From Haplodiscus bocki (taxonomy: Eukaryota), in assembly GCA_965655095.1 (NCBI GenBank), contig OZ296650.1, forward strand, positions 93,434,001 to 93,498,000: a stretch of 64,000 nucleotides of DNA, in the 5' to 3' direction. Both the position numbers and the translations under genes were made by a program. Below are positions 51,374 through 64,000 of this stretch, piece by piece. Position 1 is the stretch's first letter, and each line of letters starts with the position of its first letter. The notes under the pieces are model-generated. The model was not told the origin of the DNA. It worked only from the letters and a program-made list of their open reading frames with translations, and made no database searches.

Positions 51374-51780
51374 AGAGGCGAAGCTGTGCTTCGCAACACT
51401 TGCGCCAACGGAACTAATCGAGTGAACAAATCGACAAAATGGAACTTAGTTTTGAAGGTGCCACGATATTACGGACACTACTGATAACAAGTGGACAGGA
51501 CTCAGTTAATTCTTGTACATTCATATAAACGTAAGAAAGGCTATACTATTTCATTCGCTTGATATTTGAAATTAAAACACTGATTCTCAAGCGACAATGG
51601 CACAGTCAGTACAGCATACGACTGCGGCGCGAACGCTCCCAGGTTCGAGCCTACCCCTCTCCCTGCTTTTTGGTCAAAATCAAGGAACTTGTGTGTGGTG
51701 AACGAATCGGAAAAAAATTTAGACTGCGCAAGTGTAATAAGTGATATACCAAGTAGTTAATCTAATTGAGCCATGAGTTT
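51374..51780 (+). repeat. Interspersed repeat, copy 2, containing a tRNA-like A/B box segment (51598-51655)
   Basis: gaggcgaagctgtgcttcgcaacacttg head; TGGCACAGTCAG...GGTTCGAGCC; colinear with 31563-32170. Confidence 0.6.
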
Positions 51781-51983
51781 TGATTAAAATTATTTTTCAA
51801 TTTCAAATAAATTCCGCAAACAATTCGATCCTAAAAAATCCTTTGAGTTTCGATTGAATTTTTTTTCAAGTATTCGATTTCAAATAAATCGACGCTAAAT
51901 AGTATCCCCTTTCACAGCCTCCTATTGTGTCTTGAGAACTTAGCAGCAGTTTTGGTTTCTATCAAAGACCAAAGATGACTAAC

Positions 51984-52125
51984 CCAAAATTGCCGTCTTC
52001 GGAGTTGCCAAATATCCTCATTCGAGCTTTCATGTAGTCTTCTTCTCGCTGCTCAAATGTTCTATTATCTTTCGGGGTGTTTTTGTGACTAGCTGCTCCT
52101 TGGTGATTTAAAGCCATTTTAGAAG
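51984..52125 (-). CDS. Internal exon encoding a SUZ domain (SZRD1/R3HDM/encore-type RNA-binding protein); upstream exons not located
   Basis: Acceptor ttttttttag| and donor |gttagt; translation SKMALNHQGAASHKNTPKDNRTFEQREEDYMKARMRIFGNSEDGNFG contains the SUZ signature EEREEEYxxARxRIF. Not in the ORF track. Confidence 0.8.
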
Positions 52126-52829
52126 CTAAAAAAAAGACTGCCGTTGTGAGCCAACAAATTAAATAGCGAACGTTTCTATCATTCTCTCGCTATCAAGAGA
52201 AAAAATTGAGCTGTTCAATATCTTCTGTAGGCATCTTTTTACTGCTTTCAAGGTTTTTGCCACAGATTCTTATGTAGTTGAACGCTGCTCAGAAGCTGGT
52301 AACTCAGATTTAGATACAACTAACTTTCACCAGGTGACTTCTTCAAAATTTTGAACGTCATTGCCGGTTGTGGGTCTATTGGATATTCTCTAGTTTCTGT
52401 GGTCATCGCAGTGGTTAAAGACCTAAAACATATTTTTTTGAAAAATCATTTTAGTTGACGCAACACATCCTCAAAAGATTGTCTCCTTAAATGAAATTTA
52501 AACTGGGAAATTCTCCGCGGAAAACTGCTTTATAGGAACCGATTTTAACTCGCAAACACTACCGATACCTTTCATTTATGAAGTTCACCAGAGTCTACGA
52601 TTCGTGTTCAAGAGAGACGAAGCAAAATGGATTACAAACGGATTGGAAAACAATGGTACAAAAAGGTGCAATCAATAACTGGTTAACTGATTCCCGGATC
52701 AGTAATTGATATCATAAATCAAAAAACAACAATACAATGACCACACTTGAAACACAGAGGTGAATCTGTACTTTGCAGACACTTCAGAAACTGATTTCTA
52801 CATAAAAAAGAGCAAAGAGCCCAGAAAAA

Positions 52830-53540
52830 ACCGGACGCATTGCGACTAGTTGCCATAGAGAAAACTACATTTACGAACAACGGATAAACAAGTGGAAGTT
52901 TTTTCGCAAAAAGATTACAAAACAGACCACTCAGGGTACTCCAAAAAACTTGCAGGCTATGAGCAGTTGAATCAGCAATCCGCGCTAAACGGGCCCAATC
53001 AGACCACTAATCATGAAAACAGTTTTGGTGAACAACGCAAGTAAACACAACTCCGATTTTTCAATTCAGAATTTTTTAACCATGACCCACAATAGACTAT
53101 CGAAACTACTCCAATACACATACATCTACCCCATGAGTTTGAATCAGCACTGGATGGGCCCAATCCGACCATTGGTCATTAAGATAGTTTAAATGAACAA
53201 CGCTGAAAAACGTCTTGGTCTTCTGAAACAAGTCGACATTTTTCGCAAATAAATTACATAATGGCCTATATAATTAACTCTGAAGACTCCCAGGCCGTAA
53301 ATAGAAAGATCAGCGCTAGATGGACCCAATCCGAGCACTGTTCATGGACAAACAGTTAGACGGAGCAACGATAAAAAAATCCAATTTTTTAATCCGGGTT
53401 AACGTTTTACGCAACTAGATCATAAAAGAGACCATCCCATCAACTCCGCAAAACCTGAGCCGTGACCATTCGAACAATTGATGGATGGACACAATCCGGC
53501 CACCAGTCGGTGAGAAAAACTTTTAATAATAACCGCAAGT
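52830..53540 (+). repeat. Diverged tandem array, ~166-bp unit, ~4 copies
   Basis: gg(g/a)cccaatc(a/c)ga at ~52991, 53156, 53321 and a variant at 53486; tttt(t/a)cgcaa at ~52900, 53240, 53405. Confidence 0.75.
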
Positions 53541-55375
53541 AAAAACAATAACAGAGGTGCAATAAATTTCAGATTACATGTCAAGATACTTTTCGTGAAA
53601 GCATGTAACGCGACATACCAACGTTTCTACCAATTCTCCAAATTAGGGGCCTTTGAAAAAACATGCGATGAATGCAATCAAACAGGTAGTTTGCGTCTAA
53701 AACAATTTTGAACACAAGCTAGGCTGAACTCTCCAACACATTCACTTGCAAGTTCAGCAACAAATCTGAGTTGATCATGGATCCCGGAAGACACTTGAAA
53801 AAATGACAGTAGATGTGATTGAAACTATTAGAAATAATTCACCAGGTCTAAATGAAGAATTAGCTCGAAGAAGTTAAATTGAGACAAGTACCTGTATCAT
53901 TCAAAAAATTGACACGTCAATCATCTCTTCAGATTAAGCCTTTTCCAGGACGTACTCTACGTACTCCCTGGCCGAGACAAGGCACAAAACCCTGATAAGA
54001 CCGATAACAGTTTGCTAGAAAATACTTCATGAAGGTGCAATTCGAAGCTTTCTTGACTCTATTTTCAAGTTGCTATATATTTTCAAATTACATTTGGAAG
54101 AAAACAAGACACTTCATCAAATATTTAGAACAAAGCGAGCGGGAGCGCGTGAACATTTTTTTAAATTTGATCGATAACGCATACTTCGCCAGCGACAACG
54201 CATATTTTGTGAGTTGGAGACAAGCGAAAAAACTAAAGCCGTCCGTAATATTCTTCGCTGCCCTCGATTGTGTAAAAAGATACCATGAAGCAACAAAACG
54301 GAAAAATCATTCAGCGTGGAAGGAATCAATCGTTCGACATTCTGGTAATTATTAGTCCTCAATAACAAATGCTATTCCAAATTAACAGGGTAATGTTCTG
54401 TCTTGAGTCATTCATGGCGTACACAGCCCAACTTAAAAAAAAGCTTCAATATATTTGACATAGCAAAGTGATTTTTTCTGCAAAATCGATTTCATTTCAA
54501 GATAACGGGATATGATTTTGGAAACACTTGATCATCTGTTGGAATTGTTCAAAACTGGTCGCAAATGGGTATGTCACTTGAGTTTGGCGGCCAACTTAAC
54601 ATTAGTCTGAGCATGAGGAGAGGTACTTTATAGATACCAATCTGGAAATTTTTGATGTATTCTTGAACAGCCCAGGCTATAAGCACAAACAATTAAAGGT
54701 TGAGTAAAATTTTCGAGAATCGTTTTTTAAGGCCCAGTCACCAGCTGTAATGGCGGCATCAAGAGATTACTTCAGATACATTGGTAGCACTCGCTCGATG
54801 AAGTTCATATGCTCAGTAGAATCCATTAGTTTCATCCATGAATGATGAAAGAACGATGAAAAACGAAATTTGGATCAAAAAATCCATAAACGATGCAAAG
54901 ACAGCCAGAAACAGTTAACTACGGTGTCGTCATCAATCAAGTAATAAAGGGAATCGATTCGGCAAACTTTAGTATTTCATGACTCTTACCGGCTGCAAGT
55001 TACAATATTTTCGAGTCAGATCACTACCAACAAAATAAAAAAGTTTGAGCTCTGTGCAACCAGTGTTGGTTGTTCACAACTGCATCACCTTCTGCTTTAT
55101 ACAGCACCTTTATATGAGCATGTAAATTACTCCAGCCAGTGCCTTTACGTTATTTCAATCTACGATCAAATTTACCCCGCCAGGTATCGGGCACATTATC
55201 CAGATACTTGAAATATGTTTTTAAGATTACAGCTTGATTTTTAGGCATCTGGACATGAAAACACTCGGAAAAAATTATTGCAATTATTGACCTCTTCTAA
55301 TCATTAATTGTTCAAAATATAAACAAAATTTTCAAAAATCTACCATTTCCACTGATAATTACCAGTCCCTGATTA

Positions 55376-55429
55376 GAAGACAATAAATTTTCATGTTTAC
55401 AAGGAAGACAATAAATTTTCACGTTTACA
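55376..55429 (+). repeat. 28-bp tandem duplication near the 3' end of the minus-strand LINE
   Basis: gaagacaataaattttcatgtttaca followed by gaagacaataaattttcacgtttaca. Confidence 0.85.
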
Positions 55430-55449
55430 TGAGATACGAAAAAAGGTAA

Positions 55450-58400
55450 TATCGGATGAACATGGAGCAGTAGCCGTTTCTAAGATCTTTATCGCCTATA
55501 ATTGCATTTAATTATGCATGGAATAGATGGATTAGAAACTGGTTCTTACTGTTCCTGAGACTTGTTCCGGACCAAATTTCTCAATTTCTTGTCTAGAAGC
55601 TAAAACATAAAAATTATGTGAGGATATAACCCAGAGGGTTTCATTGGCCTAATATTACACTAACTCCTGAATCGGCAAGACTTTCCCAATCTTCATCTTT
55701 GTCAGATAACGATTCCATTGAAAATTTCCATTTCACACCGCTAACGCCAAAAGTCAAATCTTCCACAATGTCATCCACAATCTGAAACATTTTTTAAAAT
55801 TAAAAATGAAACATTTTTAAACAGCTTTTGTTGTTGATCAAGTCAATCAAGAAACAATTTTTCGTGTATTCAATCATGTAGCAAATCGGTAACACTTTGT
55901 TTTCCTCTAGACAGTCTTCGTACGACAATTTTTACCAATTATCCAACTAAGGCATGTTTTTTTGGAAACAATTCCATCTTCCTTGGCATTGTCATAATTT
56001 TTGAGATTTGAGAACCGTACAGTAAAAACGACAAAACACCGCGAATATGCAAGGAGAGTTCAACTTTACTAGAGTATTCTAAGATACAGTGTGTTTCAAG
56101 TAGCAAAAAGGCTTTAGATTCATCAGTTATTTTGGAAGCAATATGAGCTTCCCATTTTAGGTTGGTGGAAAACGTGATTCCCAGGTCTTTATAGTAGGAG
56201 ACATTCTCCACTAAATCTTGTCCAATGAAAACGTTGACCTCGCCTTTAAAGATTAACCATTTCAACTTTTTGGCGTTGATGAGAATGCCATTTGCGATAT
56301 TCTATGCAGAGAGTCTGGCTAAGTTGTCTACAAAACTGAGGGATGAAAATAAAAGTTTTAGGTGGTCCGCAAAGAGCCGAGACATTGAATCCAGGAAAAC
56401 AGATGGTAAATCAACAGTGAATTCTGTGAATAACAAAGGGCCGATAACCGATCCCTGAAGCACCCCACTAAAAAAATCCAAAAAAGTGACAAAATATTTT
56501 TAATAGAGACACATTGATACCAATTTTGCAAAGAAGACTCAATGAGATTGATATAACCGTAATGAAATCTAAATTTCTTGACTTTGTTTGGAAGAATGTT
56601 GAAATGCACTTTGTCGAATGCTTTAGCGTAACCTAAGTACATGGAGTAGAGTGTTGTGGTACAGCTATGAATTGTTTGGAGGTAATGTAGTATTTAAAGA
56701 ACAGCGCTTTTACGGGACTGGAAACGAAACTATTAAGGACTTATCAAATGCTCTATTTTCCGTTAAAAAGAAAAGAAAACAGTTTTTTTTCAAAAAAAAA
56801 TTGAACAATTGGAAGCAGATTGATTGGTCGATAACTACAGATGTCGGATGTTTCCGTTTTTGAACGGAAGTAGACCGAATGACGTTTTCCATACGTCTGG
56901 ATATGTTTGAGTTAAGATAATGGAAGCAAAGAGAGGATAGAGAAGGCTTGCAAGAAGATCCGGGCTGCATTTTAACAGTTTTTTAAGCAAATGGTCAAAA
57001 CGAACGCTAGAAGTGTCGTCCTATTTGAAGATAAGTGACTTTAGCGTTTTTGCAGATAATTCGTCAAACACGTCTTGCAACCTGAAGACATTGGGATAAC
57101 TCAAATCAATTCTATTCACAAACTATTGAATTGGGAGTTGAAACAAAGTGATTGTTGAAACCACATGCAATGTCTTCATCTGTTTTCAGATTTTTTGATT
57201 GATGAAACATTGAGTCTAGGAAACTGGAGGACTTCATTTTTCCCAATAAATTAAATGCACTTTCCAGGTTACCTGTATGACGGCCGGCAAAAAAAATGTA
57301 CTTTTGTCTAACAACTGAATTTTGAAAAGCTTTTCTTGCTGCTTTCAATTGTGAAAAACTCTTTCGAGATTGGTTTATACCACATTTATGTTGTATAGAG
57401 TCTTTCTTGTTGGGTGAATGAACCGGATGCGGTGAGTAGTAGAAAGGAAATTTCAACCCTTTTTTTGGTTTTCGTTTCAAAATTGCTTGAGATTGAAGAC
57501 AAAAAATGATCATCAAGATCATCGACAATTGCGGTGGATGGTTAGTCCACAAAAGTGAAAGATGGCCTGCTTTCTCCTAACTTAACAAGTTCATCATGCG
57601 AATTAAAATTATACCTTGAAGTCAATGGATTCGAGATTGGGGTCACTGTATTATCATAGAGAGTGAACATGAGCAGATAGTGATCTCTTTTATATCAATT
57701 GATGTCAACACAGACATTAGAGAAGCATGGATGTTAGCACAACACATTATCCGATATGTTACCTGCTTTGTGAATAACTGAGAAGTTTAGAGCGAAAAGA
57801 TCAAAAGATGATTGTGTGATGAGAATGTGATTTTCATATTAAGTAGGGCTAAACATTAGTGGCCAAGTTGCATTTGGCAAGTTTAGATCACCCATGACAC
57901 AAAGCGATCTTTTATTGTGGCCTGGTATCATCTTTTTTGATTCATCAAGGAAGTTGATGATGCCATGACAAAGGACGTCACACGAGAAAATGTATGAACT
58001 GTTTTTGGGCGGCAGGTAGACAAGAAGAGTTTGTAAAGCAACATTGTTTTGTAAGAACAAGACAACACCAGAGGCGAAGTAAACTTTATCAATCAAGGGA
58101 ATTAAATCAACTTAGAAGTCGAAGAGCGTCTGAGAAGAATTGCAATACCACCGTGTTTGCCAGTTAGTCTGTCTGTCCGGCTAAAAACACCAAATTGCCC
58201 GTAAAGAGACAACATTCTGTTATCAACGTTGTCAAAATAAGTGTCAAAACAAGTGTATTAGAACCAAAAGTTACCATGAACTTGAAGTCTACGTTGTTAT
58301 CTAAGGCTTTTGGTCCTCCTTGAGCATCGATAGTCAACAACAGGACAAAAATTCCGAATTGCAATCAAGGTCACAAAAGCGTATCTTTGGGTGAGCTCAC

Positions 58401-59400
58401 CAAAGCGTAACTCTAATAGCACAGATCAGTCAAACGTCGGATCACTTACTAGAGTCTCTCTACAAAAACTACTCAAGACTACGCTAACAAAGCAATCTTT
58501 TGCACTTGGTTGCAAGTTACTGTGGAGTGAATTGAGATTTCTTCAAAAACGCTCCGTTAAGAATCATTCCACTCTGCAACTATGTATCGCTCCATACAAG
58601 CACGTTGTCGAGACAAGAGTTAAAAATTGCACATGGGTAATGATTCTAGTCTTCCCTGGGAGCGAAAAGCACTAATAGTTGAAAAGTCAATGGACAGAAA
58701 GCCAGCGTTGTTCACTCTAACTCTGCCGACTGAATAAGCACTCTAAATCACAATCATTCAATTGTGCATTGCTGTGAGACTCTAGCACCTAGGCTGTTTA
58801 AGCTGGCAATTCAAAAGATAACTTCAACGTTTTCACTCTGACTCTTTTGAGTTTTAACTCCCGGGTTTTAAGCATCTGCCTTTGCAGCGAACACACCCAG
58901 CACTTCATTTAACATCACTAGTTTTGATGTTCTGAACTCGATTACCAAGCAAGTTTGACTGACAATCGTCATCGATGAATCGACGAACAGCATCGGTCAG
59001 TTCAGTGAACCAAAAACCACTTCCCCAATTTTCATTTGCTGCTTCTAGGGCGTCGCACAAGAGTATCTCTGAATAGTCTCGTGATGTGGCCAAAGAATCT
59101 CTAAGGTCGTTTCTTGACAAAAGACCGCGGTCTTGCTAGTGTTTAACTTCCTGTACAGTTCTTCAACTTTGATTTTTTCAACGAGACGTGTATTCAAGAG
59201 GGAGTTGATCAATTTGCCGTGCTTTTTGTCATTTCTTTATTCTCTGGTTTTTTAAGAATCCAAGAACCAGACTTGTAGAAAAAGGTGGCTCCATCAGTTT
59301 CCAAAAACATTCCAGAGTGGCGGTGACAGCAATTTTCATGATTTGTTTCAATTTTGCAAGAGCAGCTCAGTTAAGTCATTGTCTAAACTGGATGTTTTCC
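55450..59400 (-). mobile_element. Decayed CR1/L2-clade LINE (ORF1 remnant, APE endonuclease, RT)
   Basis: APE: VYLPP, VMGDLNLPNATW, HKAGNISD; RT: YLGYAKAFDKVH, SGVLQGSVIGPLLF, LFADHLKL, KDLGITFSTNLKWEAHI; many stops. Ends are approximate. Confidence 0.88.
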
Positions 59401-59999
59401 TAAGTTTCAACGTATGAACCAAGGTTCTTCGGATTCCAGCACTCTTATTGACGTTATCAAGTGTTCCTCGATACTTTTTGTCAAAATCAACTTGCAGCCC
59501 TCAAATTTCTTTTCGGGTCACCTTATGTTCCATGTTTTTGAGCTACTGTTTCTTCTCATCAGGATTATTTCACCACCGACTTGCAGTTTCACTACCAAAC
59601 TCGACGGGATGAAATGACCAACTGGAAACCGAATCATATTGGTAGCAAACATTTGATTGCTGATTGCAATGGTGTGATTTGTACCAAAGTCATTTTAGTA
59701 GAGTGGATTGTTGGTTTTGGACTATACAGTGGGGCCCACTCATGATAAATTGATCCATATTGGTAACCAGGGACCCAAGTCGTATTACGAAAATAGAATT
59801 ATGGATTGCCTATAAAAGTAAACCCTATTGTTTGCGTTTTTGTTGGTGTAGAAGAAATCAAAGACTAATGTAATCAAAAACACATAAGATAATTGCACTT
59901 CCGAGAAATATCCCGAAAGAAGGCTCAGTTTCAGTCCTTCCTTGCTGTGTTTGATTTAGTTCCTGCTGAAATTCAGGAACTTCTGCACTGGTCCTTTGA

Positions 60000-62845
60000 T
60001 GTTTGTGTGGAATGATTCACGCTGTATGATGCCACCCAACAATAGTTGAAAACAATACCACAGAATGGGAAACAAGAAAATGACTATCTGGAATTTCACT
60101 ACTGCAAAGGTCCGTGTTCAATGCTAGATCTGTCATATAAATTGTTCTTGAAATCTGCTCTGCAAGGATTTCATCCAATTCTGTTTTCGTCGCTGTCAGA
60201 TTAGGTTGAATTACGGTAATGCATTAGTTTATCCTTCTCTATTGCTTATTGGATGGTTTCGGTGAATATTTTGCCCCTCGAATTTAGTTTTCTCGTGGAG
60301 GCACTATCCATTTTTATAAAAAAAAGGTATCCTGTCGAAATGGTAAAGTCATTCTGAAGCAATGATTGTGATGACCTCCATACAAAATTGGACGAAAGTC
60401 TTTCACTGGATATAATGTTTTTGTATCGGTCACAGATTGGTAATGTCGATCATTTTCTATTCTTTTGAAGATCTATTTCTGGTGATTGTTTTCTATCGCT
60501 GATTTTTCAATCTAAATGCAAAAACTCGTCCGACATCTTTACTTGAATTTGGTGAAACTCTCAAAAATTGTGATATGACTTGTATGTTCTTCTGCCCCCG
60601 CAATTGGCAAAACATTTGATCTTGTTATCTCAACTCTTAAAAACATGAAATGTCTTTGTTGGAACTCATATATCTAGTTGTGACGTTCTATTGGTTACTT
60701 TCCCGTTCTTTTTTATCGCATGTCCGTGACATCTTCAAAGAACTTTGTGGACAAAACAATTGAAAATTACTGAGCTACAGAAACGTTCTGAAGAGTAGGA
60801 GTAAGGTTTTCTTGAGCTGGTAACATCAGTAGATACAAACACTGATCGATTAAAAGAATTAGTTTTCCAGTCAAATTAGATTATAAGTGATTAGCTTGTG
60901 GCACCACGAAAAGTTGATTCGTATGAGCACAATTGGCCGTTCTTTGATACGGAACTTGTCACCGCAAAAAGAATAAGGCCGGAAAGGGAGTGAATTTACA
61001 GAATCGAACAAAATTACACCACTTATTATCTTTGCAAGCAAGCTACAAAAAAAAAGACTTTGAATTGTTCAATCTAGGCGAATATGTTTTTCGAAAACAA
61101 AAGTGATGCTCTCGAAAACAAATGTAATTTTTCAAACTTGACAATTTTCTGCGCCGGACAAGGTAGCCGTCCTCCCCCCACTCAATCTCAAATACACTTT
61201 CGGACGATTTCTTCAATGATACGTTTATCATGAAAATGGAATTTTTTTAAACACGGTTGAACATTCAAATTTTAACATTGAGTACATTTCCAACTATACA
61301 GCAAAAAGTTGTGGAAGTTATGACCATGAGTAATGCTGATAACTTTTAGTCCATGACCTACTTTTCATCTGCCACGCAGTTCGGACAATCTGTACCCGTT
61401 AAATGTCTCAAAGTAGCCCTTTTCACTGTACTTGCTTCTTTGATCTGATTTGTGTCTTTCATAGAGGGTGTTCTATAATCTGCTGGGAAAAGCGGCATTA
61501 GTCAAATTAAACTTGAAATTGGCGATTTTATTGAGTTTTCAAACTACAAACCGATTACTAGTTCCATTTTTTCTAGAAAATGGAAATAAACTGAGTGCCT
61601 CTCAAAAAATTGATTTTCTGAATCATCACAGTTTGGTTGGCCCTTCACAAATGACCTAGAAGGCCTATCACTACTTTGGAACTGCTCTAATTTACACTTC
61701 AACTGCTCTAATGTGTAAAAGGAGCAAAGCGTGAAAACTCCTCAGTAACAAACCTACAACTCTAGATTTCATCTGATGTTTGGATAATGGTAGTCTGGTA
61801 AAAACTCTGACAATGGGTGGAGTCCGATAAAAAACCTCAGATTTGACCAAATCTTGTTTGAAGTTTCGATTTCAGCAGTTCTGGTTGATGGATATTTTTA
61901 TTTTCAAATATTTTCCAAGAGGGGTTCCACAGGGCTCTGAGCTAAAACCATTGCAGTTTTGACTTTACTTAATGCCTTTATAGGAATTACCATATGCTCT
62001 GAATGTAGCTTCTCACACCTGTGGTGATCACATAGATCGTTGTTCAAAATATTTCACTGTAGGTCACCTAATGACCGTTTTCACACTGATGATTGGGTCT
62101 TCAATGAAGTCTACTTGTTCTTATCTGCACTGAAACTGAAAATCGACATTGAAAAAACGCAATGCATGTTGGTATCTAGTGTTATATCCTTGAATGCAGA
62201 AACTTTTATGCTTCTTGAGCAACAGTTGCCGGCCTTGAACTCAATAAACACCTTTAGGAGTTATCTTTGATTGCACTGGTTGTTTTCACAACATGTTCAC
62301 AACAATATGTGTGACCTGTCATTATCACCTGTGCAAATTAAATTCGGTCTGACACCTAGTGAGCTTTGATCTTGAGAATACTGATGTCGCAACGTTTTTA
62401 CTCAAACGTTTGGACCTCTGTAACATTCTCGTGTACAGGGTTCAACATTACTTATTACTTATTGAACAATGACTTCTCAATCGAGCTACTCGTCTCCTTT
62501 TAATTGTTGATAAAGACGTTGGTGTATGAACAATATTACAGATGGTACATTGACCACTGCCCAACACTTGATGAATTGATTAAAAACAAAATGATCCCCT
62601 TCATATTCCCTATCTTTTATAATTTACGGCATGCTGTATGTCTAAGTAATGTTTTCAACAAGAAATGTGACTGCTTTTATCCCAGACTGTGTGCAATTTC
62701 TTGCTTCTTGAACTAACACGGGACACCAACAGTTTTGGAGACTGGGTTTCTCAAACAATTGGTGCAGTTCGTTTCAATACTCTACCTGATTCCCTAAAAC
62801 AGGAATAGACTCTGAACTGTTTCAGAAAGAAACTGCAAAATAATT
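60000..62845 (+). mobile_element. Heavily decayed CR1/L2-clade LINE ORF2 remnant
   Basis: NYKPIT (~61545), GVPQGS (ggggttccacagggctct at 61921) and C-terminal FNTLPDSLKQE*TLNCFRKKL (~62775-62843). Ends are approximate. Confidence 0.7.
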
Positions 62846-64000
62846 TTTCAAGTCCTGACTGCTTCGTGTTGTACAAAAACAGCAAGATATAGTCAAGCAA
62901 GCAATCAATCAGTTGGACCGGGAAATGTTAGTTTTGGCTGCGAACAATTTGGTGTGTGCATGTGTGCAGCGAGCAAGGTAAGATTTGTAAAAATACTAAG
63001 AACATCACGGAAAATTTACCTAATGAGCAGAAAACACAAAATTGACGAACCCACGTTGCTCAACGTTTTATTCAGACTTGTTCATTTGCGAGTTCAAGGG
63101 CTTTTTGTTGGTGATTGAACATGCACCCGAAGCTCAAATTGAAAACTTTTTTGGCGAATTTATTTTCCGGTCGGCGTGACAGATAATCAGAGACAGTAAA
63201 TCAATACCGGCTGACCACACTATATTTAAAACATTGCAGCAGCCACACCTCTGTTAGATTCGCAGTGCTTTCTTAGCGCTTTTAATTTCTGCAGAATTCC
63301 CCTAGAAAGGTTTTATTAGAACTCGAGTAAATCCGGCAAAAATTTTTCGACTCTTGCTGACCTGGAAAAAAAGATAACGTCTTGCTCTTTAGACAAGGTC
63401 ATTTGACGAAGTCCGGAATACAGTCTCTGCAAGAAAAAAAAACAACATTGTAGCAATAAGAATGAAGGTTTTGTCTTTTTTATTTTTAGGTTTTTAGCTG
63501 CGCTCTAGGCCGAACTTCGTCTATTCCCTACCACTTGAGCCATTGTTTCGAAGTGCTGAAGCAACGCAAAAGATTCACAACAGGAAACATTTCATGTTCT
63601 GGAAAGGAATTTTTGTAAGATAACAAGACGAGATGACAGAGAAGATCGACTTCCCCCCTTAATAGAAGAATTTGTTGAAGTGATCCACACAAACCCCTCG
63701 AAAATCAATACAAAAAACACATTTTCGCGGCGATAAGTACAGTCAAAGGGGCCCAAAGGAGATTGATTGAACATACTTAAAATTACTTCTACAAAGAAAC
63801 CCAATACTGACGAGAAGCTTGACGCAGACCTTGTCGGAAGATTTTAAACCGGTACCAATAGAGAAATATAATTTTGAAAATTGATAAAATTTAAATTTTA
63901 TTTGGAACTACTGGTAAGTTTGGCCAATCAAGAATTCAGAAAAAGAAGAAAAATAGGAATTTTTCCAAAGAAAATCATTCAAAATAAAACAGAGACAAAT

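Noticed and set aside
54029-54368. 108-aa and 83-aa overlapping ORFs
   Set aside because: No recognisable motif; contains a small internal duplication; probably decayed repeat sequence.
63592-63804. 70-aa minus-strand ORF as an upstream exon of the SUZ gene
   Set aside because: No SUZ/R3H-family motif and it ends in a stop rather than a phase-compatible donor.

Overview
AT-rich, transposon-dense animal (invertebrate-type) genomic DNA with spliceosomal introns; the organism cannot be fixed from the sequence alone. From left to right: (1) the 3' half of a decayed Ty3/Gypsy LTR retrotransposon (1-6081) with integrase, a class I fusion (F-type) env-like ORF, an extra unexplained ORF behind env, a PPT and a ~980-bp 3' LTR; (2) an intact 4-exon Ikaros-family zinc-finger gene (10920-18563, predicted 764 aa) with three N-terminal DNA-binding fingers, two C-terminal dimerisation fingers, CtBP-type motifs and a candidate alternative exon; (3) ~11 kb of decayed sequence with a ~58-codon periodic motif, tRNA-like SINE heads, a 200-N gap and a MULE deletion derivative with a 9-bp TSD; (4) a full-length but pseudogenised Polinton/Maverick (32347-46110) with TIRs, 6-bp TSD, ATPase, integrase, minor and major capsid, core protein, adenain protease and protein-primed PolB; (5) a MULE-type MITE; (6) the 3' exons of a minus-strand SUZ-domain gene with a candidate frame-shifting 19-nt microexon; (7) a ~166-bp tandem array and two decayed CR1/L2-type LINEs in opposite orientation. 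All family calls come from motif recognition by eye; no searches were run.
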